Shown in pieces: positions 47,842 to 57,759 of a stretch of 64,000 nucleotides of DNA (the first letter of the stretch is position 1; every line of letters begins with the position of its first letter). Under the pieces are notes generated by a model. It saw only the letters and a list, made by a program, of their open reading frames with translations. It searched no databases and had not been told where the DNA came from. The position numbers and the translations under genes were made by a program. Source of the stretch: Nitrospirota bacterium (GTDB lineage Bacteria > Nitrospirota > UBA9217); assembly GCA_029858565.1 (NCBI GenBank), contig JAOUEV010000004.1, positions 67,157 to 131,156 on the forward strand. Direction: 5' to 3'.

Positions 47842-47914
47842 CTTGGCGGCCTTTAGCAGAAGTTGCCAAACCGCAGTTTTAGTTCCCCATACCACATATC
47901 GAGGTGCGGATAGC

Positions 47915-49249
47915 ATGGAAGCGACCACTGTCAATGCCAGCGCCACGTTCGAGGGAGGGGTCCATCCCTCCGGCAACAAGGAATTATCAGCGCACAAGCC
48001 CACCGTTCCTGCAGCGATCCCCAAACGAGCAGTCATTCCCCTGAGTCAGCATATCGGAGCACCCTGTAAACCCCTAGCGGTCATCGGCCAGGAAGTCAAG
48101 AAGGGCGAAAAGATCGGAGAGACCGGCGGATTCGTGTCCGCGCCGGTGCATGCCTCGATATCGGGCAAAGTCACGGCCATAGGCGCGTTCCCGCACTCTA
48201 TGGGATCAGACCTGCCGGCAATTGTCATCGAAAGCGACGGCAAGGATGAGTGGGTGGCCGGGCTCAAGGAAACGGTTGACTACAACGTGCTGAGCCCCGA
48301 TGAACTCAAGAAGATGGTGTCCGACGCCGGCATCGTCGGCATGGGAGGCGCGACGTTCCCGACCCACGTGAAGCTGTCGCCGCCCAAGGAAAAGCCGATC
48401 GATGTGGTGATCCTGAACGGCGCGGAATGCGAACCCTATCTTACCTCCGACCACCGGCTTATGGTGGAGAAGCCCAAAGAGATCGTGGAAGGCCTGCGGA
48501 TCCTGATGCGGATCCTGGGCGTGAAAAAGGGGCATATCGGGATCGAGGCGAACAAGCCCGATGCGATCGAGGCGCTGAAAAAGACCGTCGCCGGCGCGTC
48601 GGACATTGAGGTCTGGCCGGTAAAGGTCAAGTATCCCCAGGGCGCTGAAAAGATGCTGATCAAGGCCATTGCCAACCGGACCGTGCCGGCCGGCGGCCTG
48701 CCCATGGATTGCGGTGTCGTGGTCCAGAACGTGGGAACCGCGGCTGCGATCTATGATGCCGTGCGCTTCGGCCGTCCGCTGATCGAGCGGTATGTGACGG
48801 TCACGGGCAGGGGCGTGAAGGAACCGAAGAACTTTCTGGCCCGGATCGGCACTCCGTTCTCGCAGTTGATCGAGGAAGCGGGCGGGCTGACCGAGGACGC
48901 CGCGAAAGTGATCGCCGGCGGTCCCATGATGGGGATGAGCCAGTTCTCTCTGGACGTTCCCGTGATCAAGGGCACCTCGGGGATCCTGGTATTGCCGCAG
49001 GCGGAAGTAAGCACCAAATCCTATGGTCCTTGCATCCGGTGCGCGCGATGCATCGATGCCTGTCCCATGATGCTCCAGCCGTCGCTCCTCGGCCTGTTCA
49101 TCGAGAAAGGCCACTACGAGGACGCAAAGGACTATAACCTTATGGATTGCTTCGAGTGCGGTTCCTGCACCTTTGTCTGCCCGGCGAACCGTCCCATGGT
49201 GCAGTGGGTGAAACGGGCAAAACGGGAACTGGCCAAGAAGAAGAATTAG
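47915..49249 (+). CDS. rnfC: Rnf complex subunit C
   Basis: F.GGVHP, QHIGAP, GMGGATFPTHVK, NGAECEPYLT.D, KYPQGAEK, two [4Fe-4S] motifs. Confidence 0.96.
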   Translation: MEATTVNASATFEGGVHPSGNKELSAHKPTVPAAIPKRAVIPLSQHIGAPCKPLAVIGQEVKKGEKIGETGGFVSAPVHASISGKVTAIGAFPHSMGSDLPAIVIESDGKDEWVAGLKETVDYNVLSPDELKKMVSDAGIVGMGGATFPTHVKLSPPKEKPIDVVILNGAECEPYLTSDHRLMVEKPKEIVEGLRILMRILGVKKGHIGIEANKPDAIEALKKTVAGASDIEVWPVKVKYPQGAEKMLIKAIANRTVPAGGLPMDCGVVVQNVGTAAAIYDAVRFGRPLIERYVTVTGRGVKEPKNFLARIGTPFSQLIEEAGGLTEDAAKVIAGGPMMGMSQFSLDVPVIKGTSGILVLPQAEVSTKSYGPCIRCARCIDACPMMLQPSLLGLFIEKGHYEDAKDYNLMDCFECGSCTFVCPANRPMVQWVKRAKRELAKKKN

Positions 49250-49315
49250 TCGCAGGGGCAGGTTTTAAACCTGCCTTTGTGCTGTACGGATCATAAAACC
49301 TTACGAGGTACCTAC

Positions 49316-50338
49316 ATGGAAGCAACTCCCAAGGAACAGACGAAAGAGCAACCGAAACTGATCGTTTCGATCGGACCCCATGTCCGCACGGACGAAAGCA
49401 CGGCCAAGATCATGTGGACCGTGAATGGAGCGCTGCTCCCTGCCGCGCTCATGTCGATCTACTACTTCGGCCTGCCCGCGGTCATGGTTCTCGCGGTATG
49501 CATATTCACCGCGATGATCACGGAAGCGGCCATACAGAAGATGCTCAAGAAAGAGATCGCCGTGGCAGACGGCAGTGCGTTCCTGACAGGCCTCCTGATC
49601 GCCATGAACTGTCCGGCGAACATTCCGCTCCATATCCCGGCCATCGGCACCTTTGTGGCGATCGGGATCACCAAACAGCTCTTTGGCGGCCTGGGCTACA
49701 ATGTATTCAATCCGGCGCTCATCGGCCGCGCACTTATCCTGATCAGCTTCCCCAAGGCCATGACCACATTCACCCACCCGGTCGCCAATATCATGGCTTT
49801 TGACGCGAAGACCATGGCCACGCCGCTTACGGTGCTCAAAGAGGACGGTGTTGCAAAGCTCCTGGAACTGTATCCGAATATCTATCAGAACCTTCTGCTG
49901 GGGAACCGTGCCGGATCTCTTGGCGAAACAGCCACCATCGCGCTTTTGCTCGGCGCAGCGTTCCTGATGATCAAACGCTACATAACCTGGCATATCCCGA
50001 TCCCCTTTATCCTCACAGTTGCCGCCGCGACCTGGATGTTCGGCGGTAAGGAAGGACTTTTCACCGGCGACGCGCTGTTCCATGTCATGGCAGGCGGCCT
50101 GGTCCTCGGCGCATTCTACATGGCCACGGATTATGTCACCGGGCCGTCGGTCAGAAGCGCGCAGATCGTGTTCGGCATTGCCTGCGGCATTCTGACGGTC
50201 CTGATCAGGCTCAAGGGCGGGTACCCCGAGGGCGTGATGTTCGCTATCCTGATCATGAACTGCTTCGCTCCGCTCCTTGACCGGGGCATGCGGAGCAAGG
50301 TCTTCGGCAAGGCCGAGGCCAAGGGGGTGAAGAAATGA
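49316..50338 (+). CDS. rnfD: Rnf complex subunit D
   Basis: KQLFGGLG.N.FNPA, ATPL (FMN-Thr), GSLGET, MATDYVT, GGYPEGV.FAIL.MN. Confidence 0.96.
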   Translation: MEATPKEQTKEQPKLIVSIGPHVRTDESTAKIMWTVNGALLPAALMSIYYFGLPAVMVLAVCIFTAMITEAAIQKMLKKEIAVADGSAFLTGLLIAMNCPANIPLHIPAIGTFVAIGITKQLFGGLGYNVFNPALIGRALILISFPKAMTTFTHPVANIMAFDAKTMATPLTVLKEDGVAKLLELYPNIYQNLLLGNRAGSLGETATIALLLGAAFLMIKRYITWHIPIPFILTVAAATWMFGGKEGLFTGDALFHVMAGGLVLGAFYMATDYVTGPSVRSAQIVFGIACGILTVLIRLKGGYPEGVMFAILIMNCFAPLLDRGMRSKVFGKAEAKGVKK

Positions 50339-50961
50339 AGGAAACGATCAAAGTTACCCTCAGCCTGGTCGTTATCTTTATCGCAGCCGGTCTGATCATG
50401 GGCGGCACCTATATGAAAACATCGCCCGTAAGATATATTGCGGAGCAGAAAGAGAAAAAGGAAGCGCTCCAGAAACTTGCGCCGGAAGCCGACGAAAGCA
50501 GCTTTGCCAAGGAAAAACGCAAGGATTGGGACCTTCACGGGAAAAAGCATGAGTACTACGAGGCCAAGAAAGGCGACGCCATTGTTGCCTATATTGCCGA
50601 GACAGCTGGAAAGGGGTATTCAAGCCATATCCAGATGCTCGTTTCCGTTGACGGTTCATTGAACATAAAGGACGTGAACATCCTGCACCACGGCGAAACC
50701 CCGGGTCTCGGTGACCAGGTCGAGGACCGCAAGCTTTTCCTCGATCAATTCATCGGGAAGGGACTGTCCCAGCTGGTGCTGATCAAGGGCGAGACCAAGG
50801 AAAATATCCAGGCCATCACCGGCGCGACCATCTCGAGCCGGGCGGTCACGAACGGCGTCAGGGACGCCGTGCAGATGCTGGTGGACACATACGGTTCAGG
50901 AGTGAAATCCGCGGCAGCGGGGGACAAGCCCGCCCACGAGGTGAAGCATGAGCACAGATAG
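50335..50961 (+). CDS. rnfG: Rnf complex subunit G
   Basis: TM anchor, GY...I, H.ETPGLG, AITGATISSRAV (FMN-Thr). Confidence 0.95.
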   Translation: MKETIKVTLSLVVIFIAAGLIMGGTYMKTSPVRYIAEQKEKKEALQKLAPEADESSFAKEKRKDWDLHGKKHEYYEAKKGDAIVAYIAETAGKGYSSHIQMLVSVDGSLNIKDVNILHHGETPGLGDQVEDRKLFLDQFIGKGLSQLVLIKGETKENIQAITGATISSRAVTNGVRDAVQMLVDTYGSGVKSAAAGDKPAHEVKHEHR

Positions 50962-51580
50962 CGTAAACTACGGGCAGATCTTCAAGAACGGCGTTTTCGG
51001 CGAGAACCCGGTGTTCCGGCTGGCGTTGTCACTCTGTCCCGCCGTGGCGGTCACGAGCGGCGTGAAGAACGGCACGCTCATGGGCGTTGCGGTGCTGTTC
51101 GTGATGGTCATGGTGAACGCGACCGTGTCCCTTATCCGGAACTTCATTAATCCCAAAGTACGCATTCCTTCCTACATGTTCATCATCGCCACCTGGGTTA
51201 CGGTCACGGACCTGGTGATGGCGGCCTACGCACGGGACGTGTATAAGCAGATGGGCCTCTACATCATGCTGATCGTGGCCTTCGCGATCGTGCTGTCGCG
51301 GGCTGAGGTCTTCGCCATGAAGAACAAGCTCATCCCGTCGATGGTCGACGGAGCGGCAATGGGCCTGGGATTCCTTCTGGCCCTGGCGCTGATCGGCGTG
51401 TTCCGCGAGTTCCTGGGCAAAGGCGCGCTCTGGGGCGTGCAGATCCTGTCGGTGAAGCCGTTGCCGATCATGATCCTGCCCGCGGGCGGATTTTTCGCCA
51501 TGGGGCTCATCATGGGATTCCTGAACTGGATCGACCGGAAGTATTTCGGCGGCACCGGCGCGAGCAGCGGGGGACATTAA
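50948..51580 (+). CDS. rnfE: Rnf complex subunit E
   Basis: ENPVF...L.LCPA.AVT, VRIP, RE.LG.G, ILP.GGF. Confidence 0.93.
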   Translation: MSTDSVNYGQIFKNGVFGENPVFRLALSLCPAVAVTSGVKNGTLMGVAVLFVMVMVNATVSLIRNFINPKVRIPSYMFIIATWVTVTDLVMAAYARDVYKQMGLYIMLIVAFAIVLSRAEVFAMKNKLIPSMVDGAAMGLGFLLALALIGVFREFLGKGALWGVQILSVKPLPIMILPAGGFFAMGLIMGFLNWIDRKYFGGTGASSGGH

Positions 51581-51598
51581 TTAATTTCGGAGGTTCCT

Positions 51599-52186
51599 AT
51601 GTGGCAGGACGTACTGACGATCTTTATCGCATCTGCGCTGATCAATAACTTCGTGTTCGCCCGCTATCTCGGGCTGTGCATCTTCTTCGGCGTCACCAAG
51701 AAGATGGAAACCGCGATCGGCATGAGCTTCACCTTTACGGGAGTGATGCTGATCGGAGCGGCTCTGAACTGGTTCATCTATAAATATGTCATGATGCCGC
51801 TCCATATCGGCTTCCTGAAGATCGTGATCTTCATCGGTGTGATCGCCGCATTCGTGCAGGCCGCTGACACGATCATGAAAAAAGTGACCCCGGCGCTCTA
51901 CTATAAGCTCGGTATCTATCTGGCGCTGATCACGACGAACTGCATCATCCTCGCGGTGCCGCTCCTGAACGCAGAGGAATACGCGGACAGCCTGTTCAAG
52001 AGCATGGCACTGGCGCTCGGCTCGGGCCTGGGATTCAGCCTTGCGCTTATCATCATGGCGAGCATCCGGGAAAAACTGGAGCTGGCCGATGTGCCGAGGT
52101 CGTTCCAGGGTCTGCCGATCTCGTTCGTCCTGACCGGGTTGATCGCGCTGGCGTTCCTGGGATTCTCGGGGATGATTACGTTATAA
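51599..52186 (+). CDS. rnfA: Rnf complex subunit A
   Basis: NNFV...YLGLC.FFGV, LGIYL.LITTNC, REKL..ADVP..F.G.PI, AF.GFSG. Confidence 0.95.
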   Translation: MWQDVLTIFIASALINNFVFARYLGLCIFFGVTKKMETAIGMSFTFTGVMLIGAALNWFIYKYVMMPLHIGFLKIVIFIGVIAAFVQAADTIMKKVTPALYYKLGIYLALITTNCIILAVPLLNAEEYADSLFKSMALALGSGLGFSLALIIMASIREKLELADVPRSFQGLPISFVLTGLIALAFLGFSGMITL

Positions 52187-52191
52187 AATCG

Positions 52192-52269
52192 GGATTAGAG
52201 GATGAAGGATTGAAGGATTAGGCAAAGCGCTTGCCTTTTAATCCTCCTGATCCTTTTTCAAACTAATCC
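52192..52269. repeat. Intergenic element with GGAT(T)-periodic left arm and (A)ATCC-periodic right arm, inside the rnf operon
   Basis: GGATTAGA GGATGAA GGATTGAA GGATTA, a central GGCAA/TTGCC hairpin, then TAATCC/GATCC/TAATCC. Confidence 0.7.
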
Positions 52270-52287
52270 TCCTTCAGAGGTAAACCT

Positions 52288-53448
52288 ATGCTTGAGCAGA
52301 TCACACAGGTGTTTTTCACCGCATTCCAGCACGTTGCGAGCGTATTCCTGAACAGGATTGTTCCGATGATTGGCGTGGGCGGGTCCGTCGAGACCCTGGA
52401 GACGGTGCCCCCGAGCATCATCGGGTACGGTCTCGTGGTCCTCGCGGGTCTGGGAGTCGTTTTCGGTATTGCGCTTGCCATCGTTGCATCGAAGTTCATG
52501 GTCAAGATGGACCCGAAGGTAGAGCAGGTGCGTGAGACCTTGCCGGGCGCCAATTGCGGCGCCTGCGGGTTTGCCGGATGCATGGGCTACGCAGAGGCGG
52601 TGGTGGGCAATCCTGATGTGGCTTCGAACCTTTGTGCTCCGGGAAAGGGCGCCGTCGCTGAGAAGATCGCGCAAATAACCGGCAAGGCGGCAGCGAAGGT
52701 GGATCCTAAGATCGCTCGGGTCTTTTGCCAGGGCGGCAAGAGCAAAAGCCAGAAAAAGTTCATTTACACCGGGGTAATGGACTGCACGGCTGCCGTATTG
52801 GCGGCGGGCGGGGACAAATCCTGCGAGTTCGGCTGTCTCGGATACGCCACCTGTATGCGCGCATGTCCCTTTGATGCGATCACCATGAGCGATGACAGCC
52901 TGCCGGTGATCAATCCAGAGAAGTGTACCGCCTGCGGCAAGTGCGTTGCAGCCTGTCCGAAGCAGGTGATCGAACTCGCGAAAATGTCCAAGCCCGTGGT
53001 GGTCAGCTGTCACAGCAGGGACAAAGGCATCGATGTAAAGAAGAAGTGCCAGGTGGGCTGTATCGCATGCGGCATGTGCGTCCGTACCTGCCCGGTTGAT
53101 GCGATCAAGGTCGACAATAATCTTGCGCGCATTGACCATGAGAAGTGCATCTCCTGCGGTCTTTGCGTCAAGAAGTGCCCAACGAACGCGATCCATGACC
53201 ATTTCGCGCCGCGGCTTAAAGCGTCCATCCAGGCGGATAAATGCGCAGGCATCGACGTGTGCGCCAAGGTCTGCCCGGTGAACGCCATCTCCGGCGAAAT
53301 AAAGGCGGTCCACAGGGTTGACCAGTCGAAATGCATCGGCTGCGGAATGTGTGAAGCCCGATGCCCCAAGAAGGCCATCATCATGGTTTCGGGCGGCGGG
53401 GCGCATGGCGCAGAAGCTGCAAAGGAAAAGGCCGCGGCAGCCGTTTAG
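52288..53448 (+). CDS. rnfB: Rnf complex subunit B, extended polyferredoxin form
   Basis: TM helix, LPGANCGACGFAGC, then several CxxCxxCxxxCP ferredoxin motifs. Confidence 0.94.
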   Translation: MLEQITQVFFTAFQHVASVFLNRIVPMIGVGGSVETLETVPPSIIGYGLVVLAGLGVVFGIALAIVASKFMVKMDPKVEQVRETLPGANCGACGFAGCMGYAEAVVGNPDVASNLCAPGKGAVAEKIAQITGKAAAKVDPKIARVFCQGGKSKSQKKFIYTGVMDCTAAVLAAGGDKSCEFGCLGYATCMRACPFDAITMSDDSLPVINPEKCTACGKCVAACPKQVIELAKMSKPVVVSCHSRDKGIDVKKKCQVGCIACGMCVRTCPVDAIKVDNNLARIDHEKCISCGLCVKKCPTNAIHDHFAPRLKASIQADKCAGIDVCAKVCPVNAISGEIKAVHRVDQSKCIGCGMCEARCPKKAIIMVSGGGAHGAEAAKEKAAAAV

Positions 53449-53473
53449 CGGACCGATCACGCGATCATTTCAG

Positions 53474-53503
53474 AAAAAGGGATACGCCAACGTATCCCTT
53501 TTT
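53474..53503 (+). terminator. Rho-independent (potentially bidirectional) terminator after rnfB
   Basis: AAAAAGGGATACG-CCAA-CGTATCCCTTTTT. Confidence 0.9.
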
Positions 53504-53667
53504 CATTTTCCGTGCATCCGTAAATACATTCGGGACCCGTCGCGGGAACATGATTTTGTGAAGCCTTTTTCCCTTGACAAACCTGCATACTTGGGCTAAA
53601 TACAAATCACTTTTTATGATCGACGATGCAATGTGTTTCTTGCACGTATCCTGTTTGGAGGTGTTCC

Positions 53668-54057
53668 ATGAATCCAGATGATATCAAATACCATCGAGAG
53701 CATGCGTGGGTCCGCGTGGAGGGAAAACGCGCGACCATCGGCATTACCGACCATGCACAGCAACAGCTCGGTGATATCGTGTACGTTGACCTTCCTGAAC
53801 TGGAAACGGAAGTGGACGCCGATTCCGAGTTGTCCGAGATCGAGTCTACCAAGGCGACCTCGCCGGTGATCTGTCCGGTTTCTGGTTCGGTTGTCGAGAT
53901 CAACGAGGATCTGGCTGATTCTCCCGAGATCATGAACGAAGACCCTTACGGCAATGGATGGCTGGCGATCATCGAGATGAACGATCCGAGCGAGGTCGGG
54001 GACCTGATGACCCGCGACGAATACGAGAAATTCCTGAAGGAAGAAGAAGAGAAGTAA
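53668..54057 (+). CDS. gcvH: Glycine cleavage system H protein (lipoyl carrier)
   Basis: Y..EH.W, IGITD.AQ..LGDIVYV.LP, IESTKA (lipoyl-Lys), N.DPYG.GWL. Confidence 0.93.
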   Translation: MNPDDIKYHREHAWVRVEGKRATIGITDHAQQQLGDIVYVDLPELETEVDADSELSEIESTKATSPVICPVSGSVVEINEDLADSPEIMNEDPYGNGWLAIIEMNDPSEVGDLMTRDEYEKFLKEEEEK

Positions 54058-54061
54058 AAAA

Positions 54062-55456
54062 ATGAGGCTTACGATCATCGGCGCCGGTCCGGGAGGGTAT
54101 GTCGCGGCTCTCCGCGCCGCGCACCTGGGAGCGCAGGTCACGGTCCTCGAAAGGGATGAAGTCGGAGGGACCTGTCTGAACTGGGGCTGTATTCCTACCA
54201 AAACCCTCATCGCCTCGGTCGAGGCGTTCGAGCGTGTCAAGCATGCTGGAGATTTCGGCATCGATATTTCCGGCACCGTAACCTATAATCTGGAAAAGAT
54301 CAGGGACCGCAAGAACAAGGTCGTCGCAACCCAGGTAAAGGGCATAAAAGCGCTGTTCAAGAGCGCCGGCGTGGACCTGATACCGTCACGGGCGGAGCTG
54401 CTGTCGAAAGATGTCGTTCGCGCCGTATTACCGGACGGCACAACACGCGATATTATGTCCGACCGTGTCATTATCGCCACAGGGTCAAGGCCTGCGGGAC
54501 TCCCTGATCTTAATGCGGACGGGGACGTTGTCATGACGAGCGACGATGCCCTGAAACTTGCGAAAGTGCCCCGAAGCATACTGATCATCGGCGCCGGCGT
54601 CATCGGGTGCGAGTTCGCTTTTATCTACAGGTCTCTGGGCGCTGACGTGACCGTTGTGGAAACGGCTTCCCGGCCGCTCACGACCGAGGACGAGGATATC
54701 TCGGCGATCATCGAACGGGAGATGAAAAAAACGAAGATCAAGCTCCTCACCGGGGTGAGCTTTCAGAGCATGACAAAGACCGCTGAGGGAGTTGCCAAGG
54801 TCCGCCTTTCCGATGATCGCGAGATCCCTACGGATACTATCCTTTTGTCCATTGGCAGAAAACTGAACAGCGGGAACCTGGGGCTTGACCTGCTCGGCAT
54901 TGCAACGGGAAAACGCGGCGAGATCGTGGTCAACGACCGGATGGAAACGACTGTAAAAGGAATATTCGCAATTGGAGACGTGACCGGCGGTACGATGCTT
55001 GCTCACGTCGCATCCCATCAAGGCCTGGCTGCTGCTGAGAATGCATTGGGCGGGCACACCATCATGGATCCATCGATCATTCCCGCGGGGATATTCACGT
55101 CTCCGGAGATCGGCAGTGTCGGCCTCCGGGAGCATCAGGCACGGGAACGGAAGGTCGGGATCAAGGTCGGCCGGTTTCCTTATCGTGGATTGGGCAAGGC
55201 GCATGCCATGGGCGAGATTGCGGGATTCGTCAAGATCATCGCTGAGGCTGGGACAGATAAGGTGCTTGGTGTGCATATTTGCGGGTCCCATGCCACGGAC
55301 CTGGTGCACGAAGGCGCGCTTGCGATCCGAACGGGTACGACAGCGAGTGAGCTCGGACATATGATACACGCCCACCCGACACTGGCCGAAGGCATTATGG
55401 AAGCTGCAAATGATGTTCATGGAGAGGCTATCCATGTGCAGCGAGAAAGCCGCTGA
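54062..55456 (+). CDS. lpdA: Dihydrolipoyl dehydrogenase
   Basis: GAGPGGYVAA, GGTCLNWGCIPTK, GAGVIGCE, HAHPTLAE. Confidence 0.95.
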   Translation: MRLTIIGAGPGGYVAALRAAHLGAQVTVLERDEVGGTCLNWGCIPTKTLIASVEAFERVKHAGDFGIDISGTVTYNLEKIRDRKNKVVATQVKGIKALFKSAGVDLIPSRAELLSKDVVRAVLPDGTTRDIMSDRVIIATGSRPAGLPDLNADGDVVMTSDDALKLAKVPRSILIIGAGVIGCEFAFIYRSLGADVTVVETASRPLTTEDEDISAIIEREMKKTKIKLLTGVSFQSMTKTAEGVAKVRLSDDREIPTDTILLSIGRKLNSGNLGLDLLGIATGKRGEIVVNDRMETTVKGIFAIGDVTGGTMLAHVASHQGLAAAENALGGHTIMDPSIIPAGIFTSPEIGSVGLREHQARERKVGIKVGRFPYRGLGKAHAMGEIAGFVKIIAEAGTDKVLGVHICGSHATDLVHEGALAIRTGTTASELGHMIHAHPTLAEGIMEAANDVHGEAIHVQRESR

Positions 55457-55547
55457 TCCGTTTTGTGTGTCAAATAAAGAATTTAAGCGTCATGCATGAA
55501 AATATGCTATTCTTGTGATGCAGGAAGATGCAAAAGAGCGTTTCCCC

Positions 55548-55573
55548 GGGAATATTCCCTGTGAATATTCCCT
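55548..55573. promoter_or_regulatory. Tandem palindromic motif upstream of the adenylate cyclase (putative operator)
   Basis: Perfect palindrome GGGAATATTCCC at 55548-55559. GAATATTCCCT recurs 13 bp later. Confidence 0.4.
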
Positions 55574-55651
55574 TTACGTTTCAAGGGTTTTCTGCTAGAC
55601 TACGAAAAGATCAAGCGAAATATAATTTATTTGTTTTCCTTCGAATCCCCT

Positions 55652-57598
55652 ATGAAAAACAAGATCATCATCGCCAGTGTCATAGCGCTTGTTGTTTCCG
55701 CGTTCACGATCATTGCATATCAATCCGGTCTGTTCGACCGGGCAGAGGACCTTGTCTACGACGCCAAGGTGAAGATGTTCCGGTCCCAGGCAGTACCGCC
55801 CAGGAACATCAAGGTGGTTCTGGTTGACGATGCCTCGATCAGCGCCATGGAAAAGACCGCGGGCAGGTGGCCGTGGCCGCGCGCTATATGGAGCGATCTG
55901 CTCGACTTCCTGACGACCTACGGCGGCGCTAAGACCGTGCTGTTCGATATCCTGTTCACGGAGCGGCAGGATGAGGCAAATGACGGAGCCTTGGTGGACG
56001 CTACCACAGCATCGGGCAACGTGGTCCACAGCATGATCGTGAAACATGAAAAACCGGACAAGGACCAGAAGTACAACCTCCAGCTGAACAAGCCCCTTCC
56101 CGCCGAATTCGTGTCAAAGTTCGCCGTCAGGAATGTCCAGGGATCCTTGAACATCAAAAGCGCGGAGCGCAACAACGATTTCACACTGCCGATAGATAAG
56201 CTTCACGCAGCCGCCAGCCGAATGGCTGTTGTCGAGTTCACCCCGGATGCGGATGGGACCCTTCGCAGGACGATCCCGCTCCGTGAATACCAGGGTTCCT
56301 ATTTCCCCGTGCTCGGGCTGGCGCCATTTGTCGACGAGAACTCGAAGGTCGTGATCGGCACGAAGGCGATCCAGATCAATGACCGGATCATGCCGATCGA
56401 TCGGGACGGCAATTTTCTGATCAATATGTACGGGATCGACAACGTAGAACCGATCTCTGTCGGAGGGATTTTCGCATCGCTCCAGAAGATCCGGGCAGGC
56501 GACATCGAAAATCTCGTTGTGAACCCCGAGGAGTTCCGCGACAGCATCGTGTTCGTGGGTGTTTCCGCGGTCGGCGGCGCGGACCTCAAGGCAACACCTC
56601 TTGCCACACGCACTCCGGGTGTGATCATGCACGTTTCTCTTGCGGGGAACTATCTGCAGCACGACTTCCTGATGCCCGCGGACCGCAGGCTTACCCTGCT
56701 GGCGGTGCTGATCGGCGTGTGCGCGGTCGTCGGGGTCGTGTTCTTCTCAAAACGATTCCTCATACGCGCTTCATTCCCGATCATGATCCTGCTTGCCTAT
56801 AGCGGCTATTCCTTTTACGCTTTTAAGCTTCATTGGCTGGTGGATACGATACCTTTCGCTTTTGCGTCGATCACCAGCGGATTCCTGTCTTTCGGGTATC
56901 TCACGTTCACGGAAGCTGTGGAAAAACGAAGGGTGTCCCAGGTCTTCACCCAGTACGTGTCCAAGGACGTACTGAACGAGGTCCTGCATAACTACAAGGA
57001 GTACCTCAAATCCAGCCAGGGCCAGAAGGTGGAGATCACGATCCTGTTCTCCGATATCCGCGGATTCACGACCATGTCCGAGAATGCTCCGCCGGAAAAG
57101 ATCGTGGAAATGCTGAATATCCATTTCACCCACATGGCGGACATCATTCTGAAGCATAACGGAACGCTCGATAAGTATATAGGCGACGCGATCATGGCGT
57201 TCTGGGGAGCGCCGCTTCCGGATAAGAACCATGCCGAGAACGCTGTCAAGGCCTCGATAGAGATGCTCGAAGAGCTCAAGATCGTGAACGCCGAGCTCAG
57301 GGAAAAAGGTCTGGACATGGATGTGAAGATCGGCGTCGGCTTGAACACCGGCGTGGTCACGATCGGCAACATTGGTTCCCAAAAGAAACTGAACTATACC
57401 ATTGTCGGCGACGCCGTGAACCTGGCGTCACGGCTCGAAAGCCTGACCAAGGAGCACAAGACCGGATTGCTCCTGTCGGAATATACCTATGAAATGGTAA
57501 AGGACAAGATTCCCTGCACGATGCTGGGGAATGTCAAAGTAAAAGGCAGGGAAAAGGCCGTGGACATCTATACGCCGGAAGTACTGAAAAAGCAGTAA
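55652..57598 (+). CDS. CHASE2-sensor class III adenylate cyclase
   Basis: CHASE2 motifs (VDD.S, WPWPR, FDILF.E, D.DG.LRR), three TM helices, and catalytic FSDIRGFT, DKYIGDAIMAFWGAP, NYT.VGDAVNLASRLE. Confidence 0.93.
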   Translation: MKNKIIIASVIALVVSAFTIIAYQSGLFDRAEDLVYDAKVKMFRSQAVPPRNIKVVLVDDASISAMEKTAGRWPWPRAIWSDLLDFLTTYGGAKTVLFDILFTERQDEANDGALVDATTASGNVVHSMIVKHEKPDKDQKYNLQLNKPLPAEFVSKFAVRNVQGSLNIKSAERNNDFTLPIDKLHAAASRMAVVEFTPDADGTLRRTIPLREYQGSYFPVLGLAPFVDENSKVVIGTKAIQINDRIMPIDRDGNFLINMYGIDNVEPISVGGIFASLQKIRAGDIENLVVNPEEFRDSIVFVGVSAVGGADLKATPLATRTPGVIMHVSLAGNYLQHDFLMPADRRLTLLAVLIGVCAVVGVVFFSKRFLIRASFPIMILLAYSGYSFYAFKLHWLVDTIPFAFASITSGFLSFGYLTFTEAVEKRRVSQVFTQYVSKDVLNEVLHNYKEYLKSSQGQKVEITILFSDIRGFTTMSENAPPEKIVEMLNIHFTHMADIILKHNGTLDKYIGDAIMAFWGAPLPDKNHAENAVKASIEMLEELKIVNAELREKGLDMDVKIGVGLNTGVVTIGNIGSQKKLNYTIVGDAVNLASRLESLTKEHKTGLLLSEYTYEMVKDKIPCTMLGNVKVKGREKAVDIYTPEVLKKQ

Positions 57599-57632
57599 GA
57601 GGGGATACCCGAAAAATACCCCATAACGGCAG

Positions 57633-57661
57633 TTTACATTTAGAAAAAGACGCGGGATAAT
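57633..57661 (+). promoter_or_regulatory. Putative sigma70 promoter for SH3-M48 genes
   Basis: TTTACA-N17-GATAAT. Confidence 0.5.
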
Positions 57662-57759
57662 AGTTTGCTGAAGTGGAAAAATCGTAGTTTCAGAATTGAT
57701 GGCGGTATCAGGCAAGTCGCAATAACATTCAAAACCGTATATTCGCAGGGAGGTGCGCC

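Noticed and set aside
47813-47914. Longer TTG-started N-terminus of rnfC
   Set aside because: That TTG is the -35 box of a consensus promoter. The ATG at 47915 with a GAGGTG RBS fits better.
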